Assembly (NCBI GenBank): GCA_020628305.1
Contig: JAHDFH010000003.1
Location: forward strand, 22,033 to 86,032
From: Acidimicrobiales bacterium
GTDB lineage: Bacteria > Actinomycetota > Acidimicrobiia > Acidimicrobiales > SZUA-35
Length of the DNA: 64,000 nucleotides
Reading direction: 5' to 3'
Shown one piece after another: positions 35,609 through 44,292 of this stretch; the stretch's first letter is position 1, and every line of letters starts with the position of its first letter. A model generated the notes under the pieces. The model ran no database searches. It had not been told where the DNA came from and saw only the letters and a list, made by a program, of their open reading frames with translations. The position numbers and the translations under genes were made by a program.

Positions 35609-38600
35609 TCAAAGAACCACTACCGACTCCCCAAACTGAATTCGCAGATCTGCTATCAAACCCCCCTTAGAGCTAACTGTGATTGAGGGCCCTAGCGATA
35701 CGGTCGTTTCATCATCTAAGGTTATTATGACTTCTGAATCACCAGGATGCTTCTGCAGCGTCTCATGGAGCTGCGCTAAGCGCTCATCGGTTGTGTTGGT
35801 ATGGTCGAGCTTAAGCCGAACAGGAGCAGCTGAACCAGTGACTGAGGCGTTGAATGGAGCTATTGTCTGAGCCATGAGCTTAGGGAGATCATCCCGCTTG
35901 TCTAGCCGACCCTTGATTACAACAATTCGGTCATCTTCAAGTAAATGCCCATAATCGCTGAAGGTTCTTGGGAAGACCATAACTTCGATCGCGTCGGTCA
36001 GATCGACAAGGTTAAGCACCGCCATAAGGTCGCCCTTACGGGTCCACTTTTTCGCCAGTTCAGAGACGACTCCAACAAGTGTTACGCTTGCTCCTTCCTC
36101 CACTGCATCTAAGTCTGCTGTGGCATGCGAAGCAGCTGCTGCAATTGCGTCCTCAAGCCCTCTCAAAGGATGATCTGATATGTAAAGCCCAAGCATCTCC
36201 TTTTCATGAGCCAGCTTTGGAGCTTTTTCAAACTCTTCTTTTGCGATGCGGGGGCGATCGTCAAAATTGTCGCCGTTGACGTCACCGAGCTCTCCGAACA
36301 GAGTCATGACCCCCATGTCTTTCTCGCGGCGGCTGCTTAGAGTCATGTCAATAATCTCACCGCACACCTCTAGCAAGCTTTTGCGAGCGTGCCCGACTGA
36401 ATCAAAGGCGCCAGCTTTTACTAGAGATTCAATGGATCGTTTGTTGAGAACTGAGTAATCGACTCTTTCGCAAAAGTCGTAAAAGTCAATGAACGCTCCA
36501 TTAGCGTTACGTTCTTGTAAGATCAGACCAACTAAGCCCTCACCCACATTCCTGATTGCTGATAGGCCAAAAGAGATGTCATTAAGTTCGTTCTCTTCAG
36601 ATGGAACAGATGAGAAGTCCATCTCAGACGAGTTGATATCTGGAACCCTTACTTTTATTCCAAAGCTGCGACACTCATTAAGGTAGATTCCCGCTTTGTC
36701 CAAATTAGACTTTACGCTTTTTAGCAGACAGGCCAAATATTCAGTCGGATAGTTAGCCTTTAGATAGGCAGTCTGGTAGCTGACTAGGCCATAGCCATAA
36801 GAGTGGCTTTTATTAAACGCGTAGTCCGCAAACGGTTCCATCGTGTCGAACAACTCTTCGCCAAGTTCCCGACCATAGCCAGTTGCTTCGCAGCCCTTCA
36901 CAAAGGTCTCTCGTTCAGCCGCAATTAGCTCACGCACTTTCTTACCCATTGCCTTGCGCAAGTTATCCGCCTGCGCCAAATCGTATCCAGCGAACTTCTG
37001 AGCCAACATCATTAGCTCTTCTTGATAGATACACAAGTTGTACGTCCCTGCCAAGATCTCTTCGGCATCAGGATGAAATGCTATGGACTCTTTTCGCCCG
37101 TTTTTACGGTCCGCATAGTCGTTGTGCATGTTGGCCGCCATCGGACCGGGACGATAGAGCGCTACCAGCGCTGCGATATCTTCAAACTCGGTAGGCGCCA
37201 TAGAACGCATCAATGCGCGCATTGGAGAAGATTCAAGCTGGAACACGCCAATAGAATTACCGTCGCGCAAAAGTTCATAGGTCGGCTCATCATCTAGCGC
37301 AACGTTGTCTATGTCGACCTCATCGCCGGTCGCTCGCTTGATGAGTTCAAGGGTATCTGAGATCACGTCCAGGTTTCGCAGGCCAAGAAAGTCCATCTTG
37401 AGGAGCCCCAACTCTTCAACCCCATGCATTTCATATTGGGTAACTACTGGAGCTTCATTAGGGTCTTGGCCACTCTCAGGCTTTCTTTGAATCGGAAGGT
37501 ACTCCGTCAGCGGTTCTTTCGTAATAACGACCGCAGCAGCGTGTATGCCATCCTGGCGACGTAGGCCTTCGAGCCCTTTTGCCACGTCTACAACTTGCTC
37601 CACCACTTCATCAGTTTCGTACATTTCCCGAAGACTGGCAGCAGCCTTGTAACCATCTTCATACTTTGGATGCTGCTCAAAGCAGTATTTAAGCGGTGTA
37701 TCTCGCCCCATCACCAGAGGAGGCATTGCCTTGGCAACCTTGTCTCCAACAGCATATGGCATTCCTAGCACGCGAGCAGCATCGCGAACTGCGGCTCGAG
37801 CCTTAATCTGAGAGAAGGTTACAATTTGAGCCACATGATCTCGACCGTAGCGGCGAGCAGCGTAGTTAATCATGTCGTCTCGGTATCGAGAGTCAAAATC
37901 CATGTCAATGTCAGGCATAGAGATACGCGACGGATTGAGAAAACGTTCGAATACTAAGTCGTACTTGATTGGATCAAGATCTGTAATCCATAAGCAGTAA
38001 GCCACCGCACACCCTGCCGCTGACCCACGTCCTGGCCCAACCCGAAAGTTCTCATCTCTGGCAAACTTGATCAGATCCCAAGTGATCAAGAAGTATGAGC
38101 TAAATCCCATTGTCTTGATGACATCCAGTTCATACACAAGACGTTCTGTTATCTCATCGGTTAAGGTGTTACCCCAACGCACCTTAGCGCCTTCCATGGT
38201 CAGATGTCGGAGATAGTCATCTGCACCCTCGAACTCATCTGGGATAGGAAAATCTGGCAGGAGCGGCTTGCCAAATTCAATCTCAACATCGCACCGCTCA
38301 GCAATCCAAAGAGTATTGTCGCAGGCTTCAGGCAGCTCTGACCAGTCGGCTCGCATCTCTTGAGCGGTTTTCAGAAAATGTTGATCGCCATGAAATTTGA
38401 AGCGGTCGGGGTCGCTCATCTGTGAGCCAGTTTGAACGCACAACAGAGCATCGTGGGCGGTGTGATCATGTTGCTCGGTGTAATGTGAATCATTGGTCGC
38501 AAGTAACGGCGCGTTAATCTTCTTTGCTATCTCAACCAATTTTGGGTTGGTATCAATTTGGGCAGGGATTCCATGGTCCTGTAGCTCTACGAAGAGATTG

Positions 38601-39154
38601 TCTCTACCAAAAATCTCCTGAAGCCGCCCGGCTCTTTCCACTGCCAGATTGAAGTTATCATTCATTAGCGCCTGAAGGACTTGCCCTCCTAGGCACCCAG
38701 TTGTTGCTATAACTCCTTCGGAGTGATCGCTGAGAACATCCCAGTCCACACGAGGCTTGTAATAGTATCCCTCCATGTAGGCCCGGGAACTCATTTGAAT
38801 AAGGTTCTTATAGCCAGTGTTGTTTTCGGCCAACGCAGTTAGGTGGTAGTAAAGCTTGTTGCCACCATCGGTGTTTCCACCAGAATCATCGACCTTGCCT
38901 CGTCTGCTAGGTCTCTCTTCTCGAGATGAGTGAGCTTGATAAAGTTCAGAGCCAATGATCGGTTTGATACCTTTTTTGCGGCACGCCTTGTAAAAATCCA
39001 GTACGCCATACATATTGCCGTGGTCGGTAATGCCAAGCGCTGGCATCTCATCTCTAGCTGCTTTATCAACCAACTCGTCCAATCGAGACGCTCCATCAAG
39101 CATCGAGAACTCGGTATGGACATGCAGATGGACGAAGGAATCAGTTGAAGACAT
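35609..39154 (-). CDS. dnaE: DNA polymerase III alpha subunit
   Basis: 1181 aa. It has the PHP domain start FVHLHVHTEFSMLDG, the catalytic PDID(M)DF motif (MPDIDMDFD), HhH and OB-fold regions. Confidence 0.97.
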   Translation of the reverse strand: MSSTDSFVHLHVHTEFSMLDGASRLDELVDKAARDEMPALGITDHGNMYGVLDFYKACRKKGIKPIIGSELYQAHSSREERPSRRGKVDDSGGNTDGGNKLYYHLTALAENNTGYKNLIQMSSRAYMEGYYYKPRVDWDVLSDHSEGVIATTGCLGGQVLQALMNDNFNLAVERAGRLQEIFGRDNLFVELQDHGIPAQIDTNPKLVEIAKKINAPLLATNDSHYTEQHDHTAHDALLCVQTGSQMSDPDRFKFHGDQHFLKTAQEMRADWSELPEACDNTLWIAERCDVEIEFGKPLLPDFPIPDEFEGADDYLRHLTMEGAKVRWGNTLTDEITERLVYELDVIKTMGFSSYFLITWDLIKFARDENFRVGPGRGSAAGCAVAYCLWITDLDPIKYDLVFERFLNPSRISMPDIDMDFDSRYRDDMINYAARRYGRDHVAQIVTFSQIKARAAVRDAARVLGMPYAVGDKVAKAMPPLVMGRDTPLKYCFEQHPKYEDGYKAAASLREMYETDEVVEQVVDVAKGLEGLRRQDGIHAAAVVITKEPLTEYLPIQRKPESGQDPNEAPVVTQYEMHGVEELGLLKMDFLGLRNLDVISDTLELIKRATGDEVDIDNVALDDEPTYELLRDGNSIGVFQLESSPMRALMRSMAPTEFEDIAALVALYRPGPMAANMHNDYADRKNGRKESIAFHPDAEEILAGTYNLCIYQEELMMLAQKFAGYDLAQADNLRKAMGKKVRELIAAERETFVKGCEATGYGRELGEELFDTMEPFADYAFNKSHSYGYGLVSYQTAYLKANYPTEYLACLLKSVKSNLDKAGIYLNECRSFGIKVRVPDINSSEMDFSSVPSEENELNDISFGLSAIRNVGEGLVGLILQERNANGAFIDFYDFCERVDYSVLNKRSIESLVKAGAFDSVGHARKSLLEVCGEIIDMTLSSRREKDMGVMTLFGELGDVNGDNFDDRPRIAKEEFEKAPKLAHEKEMLGLYISDHPLRGLEDAIAAAASHATADLDAVEEGASVTLVGVVSELAKKWTRKGDLMAVLNLVDLTDAIEVMVFPRTFSDYGHLLEDDRIVVIKGRLDKRDDLPKLMAQTIAPFNASVTGSAAPVRLKLDHTNTTDERLAQLHETLQKHPGDSEVIITLDDETTVSLGPSITVSSKGGLIADLRIQFGESVVVL

Positions 39155-39220
39155 TAAAGAGAGCTCGATTTGGTGGGAATCATATTTTCTAACACAGCAG
39201 GACGCTTAAGTCTAGCGAGA

Positions 39221-39838
39221 CTAGTAGTTTTCTAACAGCTCAACCTGAGCCCATCCCCAAGCCAGCGTGTACTCAGATTTTGTTCCCGCAACCTTGTGAA
39301 CTTGAACGAATTTTGGAGGGTTTGGAAATTGGATCGTTCGACACTGCTCTCCGTACTTGGCAACCATCTTCGATTCGTCAAATTGATCGATCTCAAACCG
39401 TTTAGCCAGGCGCCGCGCCCAGGCTCGTTCTTCGCCACCAGGCCGGCCTCTTGGCACGGGGTTCGGGTCGACCACACCTTCCAACAGAACAAGAGCTGAT
39501 TCATCTCCAGCCCTTAGGGCAAATATGACATCCTCATCAGGGAAGGCCACCCTAGCCTTGCGTCTAACAGCATCAGACAGACTCTGAACCACTCGGGCAG
39601 ATCCCGCAGCTGCTAGGCCGAACAAAACAGTGGGAGTGCCACCAATTCTTTCCAAGGTCGCCAACACAAAGCCACATATGTTCGAGTTGTTGCGTGCAAT
39701 GAAGGCAGTCACCCACAAGTCTCGCTCTTTTGAGAGGATGCCAAATGCGGTTTCGCCAAAACCAGAGAGTTGAGCCATTTCCTCGAGATCGATCTCTGAG
39801 AGGCTTGAACAATCTTGGTTTGTAATGGCGATAGACAC
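39221..39838 (-). CDS. hypothetical protein (possibly acyltransferase/GNAT-like fold)
   Basis: 205-aa ORF co-directional with bpa and 81 nt downstream of it. No diagnostic motif was recognised. Its composition and lack of competing ORFs suggest it is a real gene. Confidence 0.35.
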   Translation of the reverse strand: MSIAITNQDCSSLSEIDLEEMAQLSGFGETAFGILSKERDLWVTAFIARNNSNICGFVLATLERIGGTPTVLFGLAAAGSARVVQSLSDAVRRKARVAFPDEDVIFALRAGDESALVLLEGVVDPNPVPRGRPGGEERAWARRLAKRFEIDQFDESKMVAKYGEQCRTIQFPNPPKFVQVHKVAGTKSEYTLAWGWAQVELLENY

Positions 39839-39919
39839 GCTCAGAGCTCCTCTGCTAACGCCCAGTCCACTTCAATGCTCTCACATCGAGCATCATCAAG
39901 CAAGCCTTTGAGGCAAGAG

Positions 39920-40411
39920 CTAGAGGTAGACGCCGCCGTTGTCGGAGCTATCTGGGCCCGGAGGCAAACCTTGGGTTTGAATTTGCTCCAGTTGTTTGCG
40001 CGCTGCTGCCTGCTGTGCAAACAACGTTGCCTGGATGCCATGGAAGAGACCTTCAAGCCAACCGACTAACTGGGCTTGCGCAACCCTTAGTTCTGGGCCA
40101 GTTGGTATTTCGTGGTCATCGAACGGCAAAGCAAGACGTTCTAGTTCCTCTTGCAAATCAGGCGATAAAGCGTCCGCTAGCTCAGTGACGGACGTTTCGT
40201 AGATCTCTTTCAGCCGGTCACGGCCAGGCTCATCTAATTCTGTTGCTTTCACTTCTTCAAGTAGCTGGCGAATCATTGATCCTATACGCATGACTTTGGC
40301 TGGCTCGGCAATAGTACCTGATTTGCTCTCTTCATCTTTGGGTTCAACGATTTCCGGTTTAGCTGAAGCTTCTTTGCCATCTTTAGCTGATGTCACATCT
40401 TCAGAATCCAT
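39920..40411 (-). CDS. bpa: bacterial proteasome activator Bpa (PafE) homologue
   Basis: It closely matches my recollection of M. tuberculosis Rv3780: PAKVMRIGSMIRQLLEEV, AQAQLVGWLEGLFHGIQ..LFAQQ.AAR.QL. The C-terminus ends GVYL, versus GQYL in Mtb. Confidence 0.85.
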   Translation of the reverse strand: MDSEDVTSAKDGKEASAKPEIVEPKDEESKSGTIAEPAKVMRIGSMIRQLLEEVKATELDEPGRDRLKEIYETSVTELADALSPDLQEELERLALPFDDHEIPTGPELRVAQAQLVGWLEGLFHGIQATLFAQQAAARKQLEQIQTQGLPPGPDSSDNGGVYL

Positions 40412-40469
40412 TAGGTGCCTCCTTTAGTAATCACTACACGTATTTGACCGAGTCTAGCTGTTAGAAGAA

Positions 40470-41576
40470 TCAGCAAGCTATTGTCAACAAAGGTACCAAC
40501 ATCTCTGCAGAGGTCAGCGAACCATGCCGGCCTCTTAGCTCAAACGGACCTGTGTCGAGCGGATCTGCAAAAGCAGTATCGGCAAATGGCAGTAACGCAA
40601 CTTGTCCCAACCTAGATCTAGCTTCCACAGAGACGACTGGACCAAACAGCTTCAGATCCATAACCTCTTCGAAGCTCAAAACCCAGGCAACGTCTCCATA
40701 GAGTTCTTGTGAGACCCGTTGGACTTCAGCCACTTGATCGACCCCGCAGTGCAACCACCGGAAGCGACCTTCACCGCTCAGCCCTGAGACTTTCTCAGCC
40801 AATGTGGGATCGAGCACGATCTGATTCGTTCCGCAGTCCACTTGTCCATGATCAGCTGTAACTACCAACTGGGTTCCGGAAGGTAGTGCCTCAGCAAGCA
40901 GGCCAACAAAGTTGTCAGTAAATGCCACTTCCGCATCAAACTCTTTGCCAAAGCCGTACTCATGGCTCACTTTATCAATACCGTCGTAGTAGCAGTAGAT
41001 AAACTCTTCACCTTGACCCATTAGTTGCACGCTCTGACTTAGGAGCGACCCTAGCGTCCGGTAACCAACGAGCTGAGATCCTCGCCAGCTAGCTTCGGTA
41101 AAACCACTGCCCCGAAATTCTTCCTTTGACACGTAGCTACAACGATGGCCTAGAAATGGTTCATAGGGCTGAACCGTGTGTGGTGGCACAGTTTGACGCA
41201 GGTCCTTAAACTCAGGATCTCGCCATGTCAATGCATTGAGGATCTGACCATCCACAACAAATCGATACCCCACAACCCCGTGTTCTCCCGGACTCATTCC
41301 AGTTGTGATTGAAGTTAACGCAGCTGACGTAGTTGAAGGAGCTACAGAAGTTATTGCCCCACCCGACATGGAGCTTAGGTTTGGGGCAAGGTCTGAGCGC
41401 TCCTGGAGCTGCTCCCAACCAAGCCCATCAAGTACGAGTAGAGCTTTGGGAGAATCATTGTCCAGGTCCACTGGCAGCTCGCAGAATGCGCCCTCAAAGA
41501 TCGTCGGCACCAAATCGGAGATACAGCCTGCACCAAACTTAGGGAGGACCATTTCTGGTGGCACTGGAGGGGTCAT
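40470..41576 (-). CDS. alkaline-phosphatase-superfamily protein (type I phosphodiesterase/nucleotide pyrophosphatase-like)
   Basis: It has LVLDGLGWEQL, APSTTSAALTSITTG..PGEHG and VVTADHGQVD motifs. The start is set at ATG 41576 (MTPPV...), because the longer ORF to 41738 would overlap lspA. Confidence 0.7.
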   Translation of the reverse strand: MTPPVPPEMVLPKFGAGCISDLVPTIFEGAFCELPVDLDNDSPKALLVLDGLGWEQLQERSDLAPNLSSMSGGAITSVAPSTTSAALTSITTGMSPGEHGVVGYRFVVDGQILNALTWRDPEFKDLRQTVPPHTVQPYEPFLGHRCSYVSKEEFRGSGFTEASWRGSQLVGYRTLGSLLSQSVQLMGQGEEFIYCYYDGIDKVSHEYGFGKEFDAEVAFTDNFVGLLAEALPSGTQLVVTADHGQVDCGTNQIVLDPTLAEKVSGLSGEGRFRWLHCGVDQVAEVQRVSQELYGDVAWVLSFEEVMDLKLFGPVVSVEARSRLGQVALLPFADTAFADPLDTGPFELRGRHGSLTSAEMLVPLLTIAC

Positions 41577-41593
41577 AGCTTCACCTGTCGGCA

Positions 41594-42130
41594 CTAATCG
41601 TGGCTCATTGACTCTTCGGGTTCTGAATCCAGTTCCAAAACATCTGCTGCTACGGCTTTGTCGTGGTCCAGGAAGAACGCTAAGGCAATAGCACCGCAGA
41701 CGATACAAACATCTGCAATGTTGAATACCGGCCACCACCCAAGATCGATGAAATCAACAACTGCGCCAGATAGCCAGCCTTCTTGGGCTCGGAAAATTCG
41801 GTCAGCTAGATTTCCCAGCGCTCCACCCGCAAGCACTCCGAGAATAATCTGAGTCCTTAAACTTTCACGCTTAGTGCCAATAAAGATGAGAATCCCTACG
41901 ATGATGAACGCAAGAACACCAAATAGGGGCCCAAAGTTAGCCCCCGTAGAGAACGCTGCCCCTTCGTTGAAAACAAGCCGCAGCCGAACACCTAAAAAAA
42001 GATCCGTGCAAGCAAACGAACCGGAATCACAGTTCATAGCTACTAGACGCGACAGCGCCCACTCTTTAGTCAGTTGATCTAGCGCCAGCACAGCCAGAGC
42101 CGCCGGAATCATTCTTGGAAATCGAGCCAC
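41594..42130 (-). CDS. lspA: lipoprotein signal peptidase (signal peptidase II)
   Basis: It has the FNEGAAFS and VFNIADV motifs and four TM helices. Confidence 0.9.
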   Translation of the reverse strand: MARFPRMIPAALAVLALDQLTKEWALSRLVAMNCDSGSFACTDLFLGVRLRLVFNEGAAFSTGANFGPLFGVLAFIIVGILIFIGTKRESLRTQIILGVLAGGALGNLADRIFRAQEGWLSGAVVDFIDLGWWPVFNIADVCIVCGAIALAFFLDHDKAVAADVLELDSEPEESMSHD

Positions 42131-42132
42131 GA

Positions 42133-42816
42133 TTAAACAAACATAGATGTTTTGTGCTCAACACACACTGATGCTTCGGGAATGTACTCTAATCTGGCCT
42201 TGGGAATAGCATCACCACCAGCTACACAGATCCCGTACACACCGTCCTCTATTCGCTTAAGCGCCTCGTCAATGTCGTGTACTGCTTGTCTTGCCTGAGC
42301 AGAAAGCGCCAGGTCGCGATCTCTTTCAACCGCTAAAGTATCTCCCTCGCCTGATTCCTCATCGAATTGCACATCTCCTGGTTCTCTATCTGCCATGAGA
42401 GCTGCCGCTTCTGCAGCTAAGCGGTCCGCTGATTGAGTATAGGAGTCACGAGTTTCCAACAAGACTGCTTTCTGCTTCTTTAGCCAATCCTTATCCATGA
42501 GGTACTTTGCCCTGGCCGGAATTGCTGGTTTCGAAGAGTTCTTTTTGACTGGTGCTTTCTTAGCCGCTGGGCTTTTCTTGGCTGAGGCTTTCTTCTTAAC
42601 TGGAGCTTTCTTAGCCGCTGCTTTTTTCTTGGCCGCAGTCTTTTTGGTACTAGATTTTGCAGCAGCTTTCTTGGCGACTTTTTTCGATGCCACCTTCTTG
42701 GCTGGCGCTTTCTTTTTAGCTGCGGTCTTCTTTTTGGTTGCAGCTTTCTTAGCCGCTGGCTTCTTCTTAGCTGGTTTTGACTTTTTCGCTGTTTTTTTGA
42801 CTGCCATAGCACTCAC
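42133..42816 (-). CDS. DksA/TraR-family protein with N-terminal Lys/Ala-rich histone-H1-like tail (DdbA-like)
   Basis: About 90 N-terminal residues consist of AKK/KKA repeats. The C-terminal DksA-like coiled coil has a D-x-x-D-x-A region, followed by a finger reading C-V-A-G ... C-V-E-H, so two of the four canonical Cys are absent. Confidence 0.75.
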   Translation of the reverse strand: MSAMAVKKTAKKSKPAKKKPAAKKAATKKKTAAKKKAPAKKVASKKVAKKAAAKSSTKKTAAKKKAAAKKAPVKKKASAKKSPAAKKAPVKKNSSKPAIPARAKYLMDKDWLKKQKAVLLETRDSYTQSADRLAAEAAALMADREPGDVQFDEESGEGDTLAVERDRDLALSAQARQAVHDIDEALKRIEDGVYGICVAGGDAIPKARLEYIPEASVCVEHKTSMFV

Positions 42817-42899
42817 CTTCTATTGCCAGCAAAAGACTGGCCAGTGGCGCCAAAGTCTAGTCGGATCGCTTGGATTTGCAACCCTTACCAGAAATGGGG

Positions 42900-44090
42900 C
42901 TACTTCTTTCGCCCAAACCAGCCAGCAGCCTTAGCTGAGCCCTCTTCTTCAACCTCAGAATCCAGGAACGCCTGTATGGTGTCATCTTCTGAGGACTGTT
43001 CCGTAGTGGCTCGCTTTAACTCCTCGAGGAATGGGTCAGAGGTAGTGTACTCAGCGCTTGGTTGCGGGGGAATCGCTGCTAACTCATCTGTCATGAAGGA
43101 CTCTTCGATAAACACCTCAGCCTCAAACTCTGGTTCGTAGGTCTCAGGGATCTCAATTACCTCAATCTCAGAAGAGAGATTGATCTGCTGAACTTCGGCG
43201 GAGATGAACGCATCGATCTCAGCAGATATCATTGCCGTTTCGACCTCTTCTACTTCCACTTGTGCTTCCACTTTAGGCTCAGCATTAAATGAAGCCGATG
43301 CTGAGGCCACTTCCTCAGCCAACGAATCGAGACCTGACAGGTTTAGAGCGATATCTTGGAATCCATTGGGATCAAAGTCCTCTAAGTCCTCAGACTCCAA
43401 AGGCATCTGCTCCCGGAGCTTAGAAGGGTTGTCCAAGACTGCAGCAATTTCTTCAAGTGCGCCCTGAATATCGCCACGACGCTTGCCCAAATGCGACTCA
43501 AATCTTTCGACGTCTCGTCGTAATAGGCGATGGGTTTCACTCAGATCACGAATCTGAGCGATCAGCGCATCACGTTCTGAGACGTGAGAAGCCCGTAGTT
43601 CTTCTTCCAGCTCGGAACGCTTAGTTGCCACCTCTTTGGAAAGCGACTCTAGCCTGGAGACCTTCTCGATTTCCAAGTCAGTTAAAACCTCTTGAGTTTG
43701 AGCCTTAGCATCGCGCACCACTTCAGTGGCTTCCAGGCGGGCCTCTTCAATAAGGCTACTGGCCTGCAGATGTGCCTCTTCACGAAGACGAGCTGCCTCG
43801 GCAGTTGCCTCTGCAACAGTTACATCTGCCTGCCGCTGAGCCGATACCAAGGTATTGCGCAAAGTTTCGTCGAAATCGCCGCTAATTTCAGGCATTACAT
43901 GCACTGGAGCTTCGGCTGGGGAGCTGACAGACATCAAGCGCTCCTCTGCTGCTAGGGCTCGCTTCTCGTAGTCTTTGAGTTTATTCTGAAGACGTTCGAC
44001 GTCTTCAGCGATCGGAGGAAGCTTGGCGAGCACCCGCCGAACCTGGTCTCTTGAAACGCCCAGCTCGGTAGTTTCGAAGTTGATTGACAT
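42900..44090 (-). CDS. divIVA: DivIVA-domain coiled-coil protein with long acidic C-terminal region
   Basis: It has a DivIVA-type N-terminus (F.T...G..RDQV...L), long heptad coiled coils, and a position downstream of sepF as in other actinobacteria. The start is ambiguous (ATG 44090 or 44132), and the ORF is open to 44255. Confidence 0.7.
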   Translation of the reverse strand: MSINFETTELGVSRDQVRRVLAKLPPIAEDVERLQNKLKDYEKRALAAEERLMSVSSPAEAPVHVMPEISGDFDETLRNTLVSAQRQADVTVAEATAEAARLREEAHLQASSLIEEARLEATEVVRDAKAQTQEVLTDLEIEKVSRLESLSKEVATKRSELEEELRASHVSERDALIAQIRDLSETHRLLRRDVERFESHLGKRRGDIQGALEEIAAVLDNPSKLREQMPLESEDLEDFDPNGFQDIALNLSGLDSLAEEVASASASFNAEPKVEAQVEVEEVETAMISAEIDAFISAEVQQINLSSEIEVIEIPETYEPEFEAEVFIEESFMTDELAAIPPQPSAEYTTSDPFLEELKRATTEQSSEDDTIQAFLDSEVEEEGSAKAAGWFGRKK

Positions 44091-44292
44091 GCAGTGCCGC
44101 AAAAAATTCAGAGATTCAGAGTTCAAAGCCATAGTTTGAGAATACAGGATATTTTGCAATAGCCCACACAAGGAGCGACAAGCTTCTAGATAATAGCGTG
44201 AGTCATAGTCCCTACGATCTATAGATCTCGGGATTTTGGAGCCATTTGGAGGCAAAATGCGCTTTCTCAGCTGTTATGAGTAAATTGGAGAC

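Noticed and set aside
39672-39685. LexA/SOS-box-like half palindrome CACATATGTTCGA.
   Set aside because: Only the right half matches the TCGAAC-N4-GTTCGA consensus. It also lies inside a coding region, not upstream of a DNA-repair gene.
40470-41738. Long N-terminal extension of the AlkP-family ORF, overlapping lspA by 145 nt. A similar extension runs from the divIVA ORF up to 44255.
   Set aside because: The extended parts are Cys/Arg-rich with no domain. Internal ATG codons (41576; 44090 or 44132) give proteins that start at the conserved region without gene overlap.
42480-42934. Two extra ORFs across the Lys/Ala repeat region: a 110-aa Arg/Gln/Lys-rich ORF on the same strand and a 145-aa Phe/Leu/Ala-rich ORF on the antisense strand.
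   Set aside because: They are an artefact of the GCN-AAR repeat DNA, which is open in several frames. Only the K/A frame continues into a recognisable DksA-like domain.
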